DNA of 63,705 bases from Pirellulales bacterium (GTDB lineage: Bacteria; Planctomycetota; Planctomycetia; Pirellulales; UBA1268): assembly GCA_041746715.1 (NCBI GenBank), contig JBGTGN010000227.1, positions 1 to 63,705 of the forward strand, given 5' to 3'. The position numbers and the translations under genes are program-made. The notes under the pieces were generated by a model, which saw nothing but the letters and a program-made list of their open reading frames with translations, was not told the DNA's origin and made no database searches. Positions within the stretch are counted from its first letter, which is position 1. Each line of letters opens with the position of its first letter. Below are positions 1 through 10,993 of this stretch, one piece after another.

Positions 1-2
1 GC

Positions 3-584
3 GGCCTCGTCTTCGGCGGCCTTGCAACCGCGGCCGCTGTCTTTGGTGCCTCGCGGTTCGGTGCTCCGGGCGCAGAGCCGGCGGCCCTCGTCGGGATCAT
101 CCCAATCATTGGCGCCGTCATCTGCTGGCGTCTGGCTGCCGCGGGCAAAGCCGTTGGGGCGGTCTATGCCTTCGCAGGGACGGCGATCCTCTACACATCA
201 GTCGCCGTCGGTCCCGGGTCAACGATCATCGCGCGAGCCAACACGATCCCGGCGTTTGTCCAATCGCTCCACGACGACGGCGCTCATCCGGCCCAGATTG
301 GCACGTTCACGATAGCGAGCCCCAACGTCGTCTTCTATTCGTCGGGCCGCGTCCACCAGATCGTTCGCGACGATGCCGACGCAGCGGCCGCGTTCCTGGC
401 ATCCGGCCCCGATGCCATTCTCCTCGTGCCTGCGCAGAAACTCTCAATGATCGAAGCCAAGCTCCCAGGAGGGTTTGGCGTGATTGGTCGCACACGACCG
501 CTCTTCAGGCCACATGATGTCGTCGCGATTGGCCGAGTGCCGCCGGGCGACCGCACGGCCCAAAGGAAGGAGCCGCTTCGATGA
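3..584 (+). CDS. C-terminal fragment (5'-truncated by the window edge) of a polytopic membrane glycosyltransferase, ArnT/PMT (GT39-type)-like
   Basis: Frame 3 is open from base 3 to TGA at 582-584. It is absent from the ORF track because no long ATG/GTG/TTG-initiated ORF exists in this frame. My translation gives three hydrophobic helices (GLVFGGLATAAAVFG, IIPIIGAVICWRLAAAG, AVYAFAGTAILYTSVAV) and then a soluble tail (FVQSLHDDG...VVFYSSGRVHQIV...AILLVPAQKL). The stop overlaps the ATG of the next GT2 gene (ATGA). The family call rests on architecture and the neighbouring gene only. Confidence 0.45.
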   Translation, partial: GLVFGGLATAAAVFGASRFGAPGAEPAALVGIIPIIGAVICWRLAAAGKAVGAVYAFAGTAILYTSVAVGPGSTIIARANTIPAFVQSLHDDGAHPAQIGTFTIASPNVVFYSSGRVHQIVRDDADAAAAFLASGPDAILLVPAQKLSMIEAKLPGGFGVIGRTRPLFRPHDVVAIGRVPPGDRTAQRKEPLR

Positions 585-1603
585 CCGATCAGACTTCTTC
601 TGCCCCATCCGAGCGCGCGATCGCTCGCCGCGCCGCCCGCGGCCTGCTTTCGGTGGTGATCCCTTGCCACAATGAAGCAGCCGTGATCGACACGACGCAT
701 GACCGGCTTGTCGCCGTCTTGCCGACCACGGGGATGGATTTCGAGATCATCTATATTGACGACGGCAGCCGTGACACCACGCTCGAGCGGCTCGAACGCA
801 TTGCCGCCCGCGAACCCCGAGTCACGGTGATCGAGCTCTCGCGAAATTTTGGCCAGCAGGCGGCGATGTCGGCCGGTCTCGCGATCACGCGCGGCGATGC
901 CGTGGTGATCACCGATGCCGACCTCCAGGATCCTCCCGAGGTCATTCCCGACATGGTACGGGCCTGGCGTTCAGGGGTAGACGTAGCCTACGGGCGTCGT
1001 CGCCGCCGCGAGGGCGAGACAGTATTCAAGCTCGTGACTGCAAGCCTCTACTACCGCCTTTTTGCACGGATGATTCCCTACCCCGTGCCGATCGACACGG
1101 GCGACTTCAAGCTCATTGACCGTGCCGTCGCCGACGCGGTCGTGGCCCTTCCGGAGAAGCGTCGTTACCTGCGAAGTCTCGTGCCATGGGCCGGGTTTCG
1201 CCATGAGCCTGTCTGGTACGACCGGCACCCGCGGGCCGCTGGCGAAACAAAGTATTCGCCGTGGAAGCTCGCGAAACTCGCTGCTGACGCGCTCGTGCTT
1301 TCTTCTGATGCGCCGCTGCGGCTCACGTGGGTGGCCGCGGCCAGTCTGGCCCTCATGGCCATCACCGCCACGGCCGTGGCCACCTCCTCGAGCCTTTTCG
1401 GCCCACCCCGCGACGGCGTTTCGCTTGCAGCCGTGACAGCCAGTGTTGCTTTTGTCGCGTCGATTCAGACCGCCGCCATTGCGATCGTCGGCGAGTACGT
1501 CGCGCGAACGTACCGCGAGGTGCAAGGCCGGCCATCATGGGTCATCCGCCGCACGATCGGCGCTGCCGCTCACGTGCAGCGAACCACGTCCCGCGCCGCG
1601 TGA
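581..1603 (+). CDS. Family-2 glycosyltransferase, polyprenol-phosphate sugar transferase type (ArnC/DPM1/GtrB-like)
   Basis: 340 aa. GT2 motifs are LSVVIPCHNE, YIDDGSRDTT, NFGQQAAMSAGL and DADLQDPPE. Two hydrophobic helices lie near the C-terminus, as in ArnC/GtrB. Confidence 0.85.
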   Translation: MTDQTSSAPSERAIARRAARGLLSVVIPCHNEAAVIDTTHDRLVAVLPTTGMDFEIIYIDDGSRDTTLERLERIAAREPRVTVIELSRNFGQQAAMSAGLAITRGDAVVITDADLQDPPEVIPDMVRAWRSGVDVAYGRRRRREGETVFKLVTASLYYRLFARMIPYPVPIDTGDFKLIDRAVADAVVALPEKRRYLRSLVPWAGFRHEPVWYDRHPRAAGETKYSPWKLAKLAADALVLSSDAPLRLTWVAAASLALMAITATAVATSSSLFGPPRDGVSLAAVTASVAFVASIQTAAIAIVGEYVARTYREVQGRPSWVIRRTIGAAAHVQRTTSRAA

Positions 1604-1612
1604 CCGGACGAC

Positions 1613-2164
1613 TTACTTCGCCAGTTCGGCTTCGATCGCCTCGACGAGCGCGGGGTTATCGGGGGCGACTCGGGTCTTGAAGCGACCGACCACCGTGCCG
1701 TCCTTGCCGATCAGAAACTTCTCGAAGTTCCAGCCGATGTCGCCGGCCGGATCGGCTGTCTCTGTAAGAACCTTGTAGAGCCGCGGCTTGCCGTCGCCCT
1801 TCACGGTGATCTTCGAGAACATTGGAAAACTGACGTCGTATTTTGACGTGCAGAACGTCTTGATCTCCTCATCGCTACCCGGCTCCTGGGCACCAAAATC
1901 GTTGGCTGGAAAGCCGAGCACCACCAAGCCCTTGTCCTTGTACGTGTCATAGAGCGTCTCGAGCCCCGCATACTGCGGCGTCGCCCCGCACTTGCTCGCG
2001 ACGTTGACCACGAGCACAACCTTCCCCTGGTAGGAGGCGAGGTCCACGTCGGTTCCATCAATCGCCTTCATCGTGCCGGAAAGCGGCCCCTCAGCCGTAG
2101 CCGCGAGGGCCATGCCACACACGCAGACGAGCGAGAACAAGCAAATTAACTTCATGAACGACAT
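1613..2164 (-). CDS. Glutathione peroxidase (Cys-type), secreted/periplasmic
   Basis: 183 aa. GPx blocks are VNVASKCGATPQY, FPANDFGAQEPG and WNFEKFLIGKDG. N-terminal signal peptide MSFMKLICLFSLVCVCGMALA. ATG at 2164 is preceded by GGAGG. Confidence 0.9.
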   Translation of the reverse strand: MSFMKLICLFSLVCVCGMALAATAEGPLSGTMKAIDGTDVDLASYQGKVVLVVNVASKCGATPQYAGLETLYDTYKDKGLVVLGFPANDFGAQEPGSDEEIKTFCTSKYDVSFPMFSKITVKGDGKPRLYKVLTETADPAGDIGWNFEKFLIGKDGTVVGRFKTRVAPDNPALVEAIEAELAK

Positions 2165-2245
2165 TGCGACCTCCGGAGAATCAAGATGGTGAGAATTTGA
2201 ATCCTTCTGATTAGAGGCGCCCCCAGTCCCGCAGGCAAATAAATA

Positions 2246-2746
2246 TCACGGCCCTTCGCCGATGGGCACCCACTGGTCGAACGTGGCCGCCTGGCCGCGA
2301 TGCTGTCCGGTCGCGTCGGTGAGGCTCCAGACGATCGCCCGCTCGATACGGAACCGCTTTCCGGATTTCGAGATGCGAATGCCGGAGTAGTCGTCCACGT
2401 AGCCATGTTCGCGGGTCCGCTCGAGCAGCCTCGCCCGCTCATCACGATGCACAGGCTCGGCGGTGAGCCGTGATGGTGTGCGGGTCAGCTCGTCCCAGGT
2501 CATCTCCCAAAGAGTGAGCGCCGTGGCGCTTCCGTAGTTGAGAATCGGGTCGGCCTCCGTGCCGTGTGACACGACGACGAACGGCGCTCGAAACAGCCGC
2601 TCCGCCTGATCGGTCGCTGTGCCCTTGCGGGCGACGAGCTCCCGTCCCAGGAGCCTGGCGAACGAGTCGAGGAGAAGCTGGACGTGCATCGCGGTCGCGA
2701 GGCTCAGAGCAGGAGAAATAGGCGGCTGGCGCGACTCGTGGTTCAT
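2246..2746 (-). CDS. Stand-alone MEKHLA (PAS-like) domain protein
   Basis: PILNYGSATALTLWEMTWDELTRTPSRLTAEP...YVDDYSGIRISKSGKRFRIERAIVWSL matches my recollection of the MEKHLA domain. The track start at 2776 is a TTG, so I prefer the ATG at 2746 (MNHESRQ...). Confidence 0.65.
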   Translation of the reverse strand: MNHESRQPPISPALSLATAMHVQLLLDSFARLLGRELVARKGTATDQAERLFRAPFVVVSHGTEADPILNYGSATALTLWEMTWDELTRTPSRLTAEPVHRDERARLLERTREHGYVDDYSGIRISKSGKRFRIERAIVWSLTDATGQHRGQAATFDQWVPIGEGP

Positions 2747-2818
2747 GTGACGATTCAACCATGGACGGGTACTCAATGGCGAGCGCTACACTTTGGCCTT
2801 CCGGGAGTCCCAGTGTTG

Positions 2819-4414
2819 TCACACCGGGCCTGCAGCGAGAACGTCTGGCCCGGCCGCGTCGGCATACGCGGCGAAATTTTCTTTGAAGCGACCGGCGAGT
2901 TTGCGGGCGGCAGCCTCCCACGAGGCTTCGTCGACCCAGGCGAGGTGGGGCACGAGGAGTTTGTCGTCAACGCCGGGCACGCGAATGACGGCGTCGAGAC
3001 CAAACACGTTGTCACGCTGCACCGGAGCGTTGTCGAGGGCGCCGGCATGGATCGCGTCGATGATGCTTCGCGTACTCGCCAGGTCGATGCGGCGGCCCAC
3101 GCCGTAGGCGCCGCCCGTCCAGCCCGTGTTGATGAGCCAGGCCTGGGCGTCGTGACGGCGGAGCTTTTCGGCAAGCAGTCGGGCATACACAGCCGGATGC
3201 CGCACGAGAAACGCGGCACTGAAGCATGCCGAGAAGGCGATCTGTGGTTCCACGATGCCCATTTCGGTGCCAGCCACCCTCGCCGTGTAGCCAGAAAGAA
3301 AGTGATACATCGCTTGTTCGCGGGACAGCCGGCTCACCGGCGGCAGCACCCCCGAGGCATCACACGTGAGAAAAATGACATGCCGTGGATGCGGGCCCAT
3401 GCACGGCACCTTGGCGTTGTCGATGTATTCGATCGGATAGGCCGCACGGGTATTTTCCGTGATGCCGCTACTCTCGAAATCGACCGCGCGGGTGGACTGG
3501 TCGTAGACGACGTTCTCGAGCACCGTGCCAAACTTGATGGCTTGCCAGATCTCGGGCTCCTTCGCCTCTTCGAGGTGGATGCACTTCGCGTAGCAACCCC
3601 CTTCAATGTTGAAGACGCCCTCGTCGCCCCAGCCGTGTTCGTCATCGCCGATAAGCCGGCGTGCCGGGTCGGCCGAGAGTGTGGTCTTGCCGGTGCCCGA
3701 GAGTCCAAAGAATAGCGACACCTCGCCGGGCTTGCCCCCGGCATCCACGCCCTGGTTGGCCGAGCAGTGCATCGAGAGGATGCCCTTCGATGGCAGCAGC
3801 CAGTGCATGTACGTGAACACACCCTTTTTCATCTCGCCGGCATACTCGGTGCCGAGAATCACCTGCTCACGCCGCTCGAGACAGAGATCGACGCTCGTGC
3901 GACTGGTCATCTGCGTGGTGTAGGGATTGGCCGGAAACTGGCCGGCGTTGTAGATCACATAGTCGGGGTCGCCAAAACTCTCGAGCTCATCCAGCGTCGG
4001 ACGCATGAGCATGTTGTGCATGAAGAGGGCGTGATAGGCCCTGGCGCAGAGCACGCGAACCTTCACCCGCGTGGCTGGATTCCAGCCGGCATAGCCGTCG
4101 CACGCATAGATCTGATCGCGGGTGTTAAGGTAATCGATCGCCCGCTGACGGTTCAGGAGAAAGGTGCGGTCGTCGATGGGGTGATTGACGGAGCCCCACC
4201 AGACATCGGCCTCCGACTCAGGATGTCGCACAACATGCTTGTCGCCCGGACTACGACCTGTCTTGGCACCAGAGCGAATGGCGATCGCCCCTGATGACAT
4301 GATTCCCGCCGCCTCACGGGAGACGGCGTCTTCGTAGAGCCGTCCCGGAGGGGCATTGCGAATCACGACCGGGACGGTGATCTCGTGGGCTGACACATCA
4401 ACAGGAACGGTCAT
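2819..4414 (-). CDS. pckA: Phosphoenolpyruvate carboxykinase (ATP)
   Basis: Kinase-1a loop [13 protein letters not shown], plus IGDDEHGW and other ATP-PEPCK blocks along the whole length. Start placed at ATG 4414 (MTVPVDVS...). The 36 upstream codons in the track ORF are Arg/Pro-rich and run into the preceding gene. Confidence 0.95.
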   Translation of the reverse strand: MTVPVDVSAHEITVPVVIRNAPPGRLYEDAVSREAAGIMSSGAIAIRSGAKTGRSPGDKHVVRHPESEADVWWGSVNHPIDDRTFLLNRQRAIDYLNTRDQIYACDGYAGWNPATRVKVRVLCARAYHALFMHNMLMRPTLDELESFGDPDYVIYNAGQFPANPYTTQMTSRTSVDLCLERREQVILGTEYAGEMKKGVFTYMHWLLPSKGILSMHCSANQGVDAGGKPGEVSLFFGLSGTGKTTLSADPARRLIGDDEHGWGDEGVFNIEGGCYAKCIHLEEAKEPEIWQAIKFGTVLENVVYDQSTRAVDFESSGITENTRAAYPIEYIDNAKVPCMGPHPRHVIFLTCDASGVLPPVSRLSREQAMYHFLSGYTARVAGTEMGIVEPQIAFSACFSAAFLVRHPAVYARLLAEKLRRHDAQAWLINTGWTGGAYGVGRRIDLASTRSIIDAIHAGALDNAPVQRDNVFGLDAVIRVPGVDDKLLVPHLAWVDEASWEAAARKLAGRFKENFAAYADAAGPDVLAAGPV

Positions 4415-4433
4415 GACGGAATTCCTTGGCAGA

Positions 4434-5096
4434 TCAGAAGGATTGCGATTCTCGGGCGACGGCGGCCGGGCCGCTGGACCGCGGACTGAGGACCATTCCC
4501 CAGACAATCGCTGCGAGCACAAGCCCGCAGCCCATTGAGGCCAGGGCCGCGCCCCATAGGTTTCGACGCACCCTCAGCGCTCCCACGGCCTGCCTCAGCC
4601 GACGACCAAACTCGGCCCACGTCTCGGCTGACGTGCGTTGCCCCACGGCAATCACGCTGACGCTCCTCGCAAGCCCATGGCCATCGACGAGTACCTGGAG
4701 ACCGCGGGCCGGAAGCGCCACACTCTCCCCGGCCCATCGAGCCGATGGGTCGAGCGCCGTGGTAAGTTCCGCAAGGATCGGCCGGAGTTGATCGAGCGTG
4801 ATGTTGTAGATGACAAGACGTGGCCGGGTCACGAGGATTCCCGACGCCACGATGAGCACAAAGAGGGCGAGCAGCATGCCCATGGCCCATGGGGCGGTGC
4901 CAAACGCAGGTTGCAGCAGGGCGAGTGGGCCCGCCAAGACGAGGCCCGACACGGCCATCGCCAAGAGGATGAGATCGAGGCCGCCTCCAAACACAGTGGG
5001 CCTCCGTCGCAGATGCAGCCAGCCGAGGACCGCGAGGTAAAGCCCCAGCGGCACGACAGCTACCCAAAGTGGCAGGGCCGTGAGCGAAATGGTCAT
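4434..5096 (-). CDS. Hypothetical integral membrane protein
   Basis: 220 aa from ATG 5096 ([27 protein letters not shown]...). It has four or more hydrophobic helices and a soluble insert. I recognise no motif. Confidence 0.5.
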   Translation of the reverse strand: MTISLTALPLWVAVVPLGLYLAVLGWLHLRRRPTVFGGGLDLILLAMAVSGLVLAGPLALLQPAFGTAPWAMGMLLALFVLIVASGILVTRPRLVIYNITLDQLRPILAELTTALDPSARWAGESVALPARGLQVLVDGHGLARSVSVIAVGQRTSAETWAEFGRRLRQAVGALRVRRNLWGAALASMGCGLVLAAIVWGMVLSPRSSGPAAVARESQSF

Positions 5097-5237
5097 CGCT
5101 CGCTTGCTCCTATGCCCGCCACGCCAGCCACGCGAGAAAGGCAAGCCATGCGGCCTCGCTCGCTCCGGCGAATGCCACGAGGCCCCATCCATGACGAACC
5201 GACGAGTTGGCCACGTCTTTCATGCCGCGAATCCCTG

Positions 5238-5723
5238 TCAGGCTGGATCAGGCACGGCAAACGGGATGTCGCGAGAGAAGGCGTCGTCGAAATCAAAGAC
5301 ATCGTGAAAGTCCTCCCGGCGGTCGCTGCGAGTCTTCCGCATCTGCCCGATCTCGATCATATTGAACACGATTTCGCCGAAGTCGTCCGTGCGGCGAAGG
5401 CCCCATGAGCCCAACACCGTGGGGGCCAGATATCCATACTGCTGCTGTCCATAGAGCCTCGCGGCCTCGCAGAGTTGCTGGCCCGACACATGCCGCTCGC
5501 CGCGGCGATCGCCACGACGGGGTCGGGGTGCCTCTCGACGGCTGCGGGCCGACGTCTCCTCGGAAACGGGCTCAAGCTCCTCCTTCGGAGGCTCTACGCC
5601 AAGGCCGAGGGATTCCTCGGCAAAGGCCAATGCCTCGAGCACGAAAAGATACGCTTCGAGCGTGTAGCGTCGATCCTGCTCAAGCAATCGAAAAAGCGGG
5701 TGGTCCGCATCAACAACGGGCAT
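5238..5723 (-). CDS. Conserved hypothetical protein, possibly the Planctomycetes/Verrucomicrobia-restricted 'Minf_1886-like' family
   Basis: 161 aa from ATG 5723 (the track start at 5735 is GTG). The sequence YTLEAYLFVLEALAFAEE...HVSGQQLCEAARLYGQQQYGYLAPTVLGSWGLRRTDDFGEIVFNMIEIGQM resembles that family as I remember it. This is not verified. Confidence 0.55.
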   Translation of the reverse strand: MPVVDADHPLFRLLEQDRRYTLEAYLFVLEALAFAEESLGLGVEPPKEELEPVSEETSARSRREAPRPRRGDRRGERHVSGQQLCEAARLYGQQQYGYLAPTVLGSWGLRRTDDFGEIVFNMIEIGQMRKTRSDRREDFHDVFDFDDAFSRDIPFAVPDPA

Positions 5724-5862
5724 GTGAGATCGCACTCCTGAAACGACGGCGTCGCCCGATTATAACGCCCGCGTAAAAGGCTGGCGAACGATGCTCGTGC
5801 CCGCAGAGCGAGTGAGATCGGACAGGGTCGTGCCCGCGGAGCAAATTCGAGCGAGGGCAGGG

Positions 5863-6810
5863 TCAGCGGCCTGGTACCGACGGGAGCGGGCCTGTCTGTG
5901 CCTGCGGGTCGTCGAGCACATACTTGTAGCCAAACGGCGTCATCGGCTTGGCAAAATCTCGAATCATGTCGAGGCCTTTGTCGATCAGGTTGGTTCGCGG
6001 ATCGAACTGGTAGACGTCGCGATCCTGCCCCACGGGCTTGTACATCTGGATGGCGAACGGCATCAGGTCGCGAGCCTGGAGGATGAGCTCGACCTTCGAG
6101 AAGTTGGCCGCGTCAACCTGGAATCGGGGAAGGGCTTCGAGCCAGATCTGATCGCGAATATCGGGCGGCGTAATGATCCGCATCCAGTATCGCTTCTTCA
6201 GCGTTTCGGCCTTCGCGCCGAAGACAAACGGCAAGGGTCCGTCGCTGATCGCCTTGCCCCGCATCTCGGGAGGGAGCCGGGTCTCACGAAGCTGGCGCTC
6301 CTTGTGGAGAAACTGATAGATGCTCTCGCCATTGCACACCCAGTGTTCGCCCGCCTCCGCTGACTGCACCTCCATTCGTCCTCGCGGTGGAAGGCCTGGG
6401 ACCGGTGTTGTACCGGGCTCGGGAATCCATTGCTTCAACTCCTTGACGCGAAAAAGCCCCTTGTCTGGTGCGGCATACTTGAGCTCGCCGGTACTCTCCG
6501 AGAATGGAAGTTGATCGCCATTCACATCGATCGGGCTCCATGCGTTGTACTCCCACTTGCGGAAGGTGCATGACCATGTACGGACAGCCGCGCTCCTGGC
6601 CTCCCACGCGGCGAGCAATTGGTCGAGGGCGGCCTGCTCCTGCGGTGAGAGTGGGGCCGGAGTTGCGGGTGCCGCTGGCACCGCTGCCACTCGGGGCGCT
6701 GGAACCGTCGTTGCCGCGGCCGGCGGCTGGGCAGTGGGAGCCTGGCCAGGCGCATGATCGGCCGCCGCAATGGTGACGGCGAAGACAAGAATCAGTGTCA
6801 GACGGCGCAC
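5863..6810 (-). CDS. Secreted hypothetical protein with a Pro/Ala-rich linker, possibly the Planctomycete TIGR03009-type (LolA-like) domain
   Basis: GTG at 6810 gives a classic signal peptide, (M)RRLTLILVFAVTIAAADHA. The track start at 6834 is TTG. A PA-rich linker follows, then LDQLLAAWEARSAAVRTWSCTFRKWEYN... The family call is tentative. Confidence 0.55.
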   Translation of the reverse strand: MRRLTLILVFAVTIAAADHAPGQAPTAQPPAAATTVPAPRVAAVPAAPATPAPLSPQEQAALDQLLAAWEARSAAVRTWSCTFRKWEYNAWSPIDVNGDQLPFSESTGELKYAAPDKGLFRVKELKQWIPEPGTTPVPGLPPRGRMEVQSAEAGEHWVCNGESIYQFLHKERQLRETRLPPEMRGKAISDGPLPFVFGAKAETLKKRYWMRIITPPDIRDQIWLEALPRFQVDAANFSKVELILQARDLMPFAIQMYKPVGQDRDVYQFDPRTNLIDKGLDMIRDFAKPMTPFGYKYVLDDPQAQTGPLPSVPGR

Positions 6811-6917
6811 AGCACAGGCTCCTGCGGGGCACAACGGTCGGGGACTCTAGCAGCCTGTCCTATCGGCGGGCGAGGCCGTTTCTGGCCGGAAATATGGCCG
6901 CTTCTGACGGAAGTCAG

Positions 6918-8921
6918 CTACCGGGCTTTCGGCTTTCCTGCTGCCGCTGCCCGGAGCTCGGCAAGCTCCCGTGCGAATCCGCCCGACAGAATTGGAAACC
7001 GGCACCAGGTCTTTGGGTCGAGGTTCTCGTCGTCGAGCTGAAACGATGGGGCATACCGTTCCCTCTTCCACTGGTTCCGACTCCAGAGCGTGAAGAACCG
7101 TTCGGTCCAGAGGGCGAGCTGCCCCGGGGAGTGCCCTGGAAACTCACTTGTCAGCCGGCGCCAACATTCCAGGGGTGTCTGTCGGTCGCGGATGGCGAAG
7201 CGTTCCACGGTGTCAAGAATGTCATAGGGCATGAGGTCGGCTTCGTCGGTCTGCCCTTCGGCCGGCGGACGCAGTTCCGCGGTTGGCTGCTGGGCGTTGA
7301 CGGCGGCAAGGGCTGGCACCGGGCCAACTCCCTCTGGCCCTTCTCGCTCGAGCCACACCAGCCATCGCCTCAAGTAAGCCTTGTCGATGCCAGCGATTGG
7401 GGCGATGCCACCGGCGGTGTCGCCGTCCATGGTGGCGTAGCCGACCGCAGCCTCGGAGCGGTTGCTGGTCGAGACAAGGAGCGCCCCGGTGAGATTGGCC
7501 AGCATCCACACGCCCGGAGCGCGGGAACGCGCCTGGATGTTTTGGAGCGCAATGTCGTCACGCTCCCACGAGAGGGATCGGCCGATCGCGCCAGACACGA
7601 TTCGTTCGTATTCCCGGACAATCGGTTCCACGTCAAACTCATGAAACGCGGCACCGAGCCCCTCGGCCAGACCACGTGCCGCGGCCAGCGTGACAGGACC
7701 GGAGTTGGCCGTCGCCTGGTAGACGCAGGTCAGTGCGGCCGCCACGAGTTGTCGCACCGCCGCGTCTCCCGTGGAGGCGGTTGGGACCAAAAGGCCGAGG
7801 CGAGCGGCGGCCGCTTGCGACGTCTGTTCCGCCGCGGCGAGCCTGCATGCCAGGGCGATCAGGCATGCCACCGCCGACGAATCGGCGCCCCCACTGGCCG
7901 ACACGACGAACCCGCGGGAGCGGCTCTTGCGAGCGTAGTCAAAAAGGCCAAGCGCCACCGCGCGAGTGAACTCCTCTTCCTTGATGTGCTTCCCACATTC
8001 CCAGGCATCACGGCCATCGCTTCCTGCGGGGCCAGGGTCCACGGCGGGCGGTACGAAATCGACCGGCACAATGTCAGCCGCCGGATGACCAGTCTCGGTC
8101 GCGAGCCTCGACTGTGCTGGCCGGAGGGCATCAAGATCAACGCTGGCAACGGTCTGGGCCCGATCGGCAAAGGAGAAGCGCTTCCCCTGGGCGATGAGCC
8201 GCCCGCCCGAGGCGATGAGCACGCTTCCGTCATAGATGGCCCGCCCTGCCTCGTTGCCCACGAGGTTGGTGTAGACGTACGCCGCGGCAAAGGCCCGCGC
8301 GCCCTCCAAGACAAACCGGCGACGGATTTCTTCCTTGCCAAAGGCAAAGTGACTCGCCGAAGGGTTCAGGATCACGTCCACGCCACGGCCCGCGAGCGAG
8401 GCGCCCGGCCGATCGGCAGCCCACGCGTCTTCGCAAATCTCGAAGCCAACCCGCACGCCTCCCAGGTCGAACCGCACGTCGCCGATCGGAATGGCGGCCC
8501 CGTCAACCGAGAGGATAGCCCGACGCCCTCGCGGCCAAGGACGGAACCAACGCGGCTCGTAGTGAATCCCGTCACCCGCAAGGTTTTGTTTGCAGACAAT
8601 GCCCGCGAGTCGCCCATCCACGAGCAAGGCAGCCGCGTCATAGACGCCGCTTTCGAATCGCACCGGCAGGCCCACCGCGACGGCAAGTCCTTCTGAATGC
8701 GGAAGGATCTCGCCGAGCGTCCGCCAGGCCATGCGCACGACGCCGGGGGAAAGGAAGGCGTCTTCGCAGCCATACCCGGTGATGCAGAGCTCCGGCAGGC
8801 AGAGGATCGACACGCCTGCTGTTCGCGCAGCCGTGATCGCGGCCCCAATCCGGTCGCGATTGCCGTCCCAGTCGAGCGGCGTCTGGTTGAGGGCCGAACC
8901 CCCGAGGCGGATCAGGTGCAT
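6918..8921 (-). CDS. nadE: Glutamine-dependent NAD+ synthetase
   Basis: 667 aa. N-terminal CN-hydrolase domain (LCLPELCITGY...FEICEDAW) plus a C-terminal NAD-synthase domain with the PP-loop SASGGADSSAVA. Confidence 0.92.
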   Translation of the reverse strand: MHLIRLGGSALNQTPLDWDGNRDRIGAAITAARTAGVSILCLPELCITGYGCEDAFLSPGVVRMAWRTLGEILPHSEGLAVAVGLPVRFESGVYDAAALLVDGRLAGIVCKQNLAGDGIHYEPRWFRPWPRGRRAILSVDGAAIPIGDVRFDLGGVRVGFEICEDAWAADRPGASLAGRGVDVILNPSASHFAFGKEEIRRRFVLEGARAFAAAYVYTNLVGNEAGRAIYDGSVLIASGGRLIAQGKRFSFADRAQTVASVDLDALRPAQSRLATETGHPAADIVPVDFVPPAVDPGPAGSDGRDAWECGKHIKEEEFTRAVALGLFDYARKSRSRGFVVSASGGADSSAVACLIALACRLAAAEQTSQAAAARLGLLVPTASTGDAAVRQLVAAALTCVYQATANSGPVTLAAARGLAEGLGAAFHEFDVEPIVREYERIVSGAIGRSLSWERDDIALQNIQARSRAPGVWMLANLTGALLVSTSNRSEAAVGYATMDGDTAGGIAPIAGIDKAYLRRWLVWLEREGPEGVGPVPALAAVNAQQPTAELRPPAEGQTDEADLMPYDILDTVERFAIRDRQTPLECWRRLTSEFPGHSPGQLALWTERFFTLWSRNQWKRERYAPSFQLDDENLDPKTWCRFPILSGGFARELAELRAAAAGKPKAR

Positions 8922-8954
8922 GGATGAGGCGGGCGGTGAGTCATCGGCAAGCGC

Positions 8955-10874
<1,920 letters not shown>

Positions 10875-10993
10875 CGAGGGCCCTCGGGGTCAAATGCCAG
10901 GCAGTGTCCTTCGCGAGGGAAGTGTATCGTGGAATGCTCGCGAGGTCATGCCGAGCGGGCGGGTGCGTTGCTCACGATCGACGCCAGACAGCG

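Noticed and set aside
22-315. A 97-aa TTG-initiated ORF at the left edge.
   Set aside because: It is Arg/Ser/Pro-rich. A different frame (frame 3) is open across the whole 3-584 interval, encodes hydrophobic helices, and ends in an ATGA junction with the next gene.
1613-2164. A possible selenocysteine-type glutathione peroxidase.
   Set aside because: The active-site codon encodes Cys (VASKCGAT), and there is no in-frame TGA.
6795-8696. A 633-aa plus-strand ORF antisense to nadE. Similar long antisense ORFs are 2684-3715 (versus pckA), 9675-11465 (versus speA), 12427-13722 (versus DUF1501), 14234-15283, 16279-17337, 32176-33363, 48946-50421 and 58084-59517.
   Set aside because: These are typical shadow ORFs of a GC-rich genome. 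Their translations are Arg/Gly/Pro/His-rich with no motifs. Each lies exactly opposite a gene with unambiguous family signatures.
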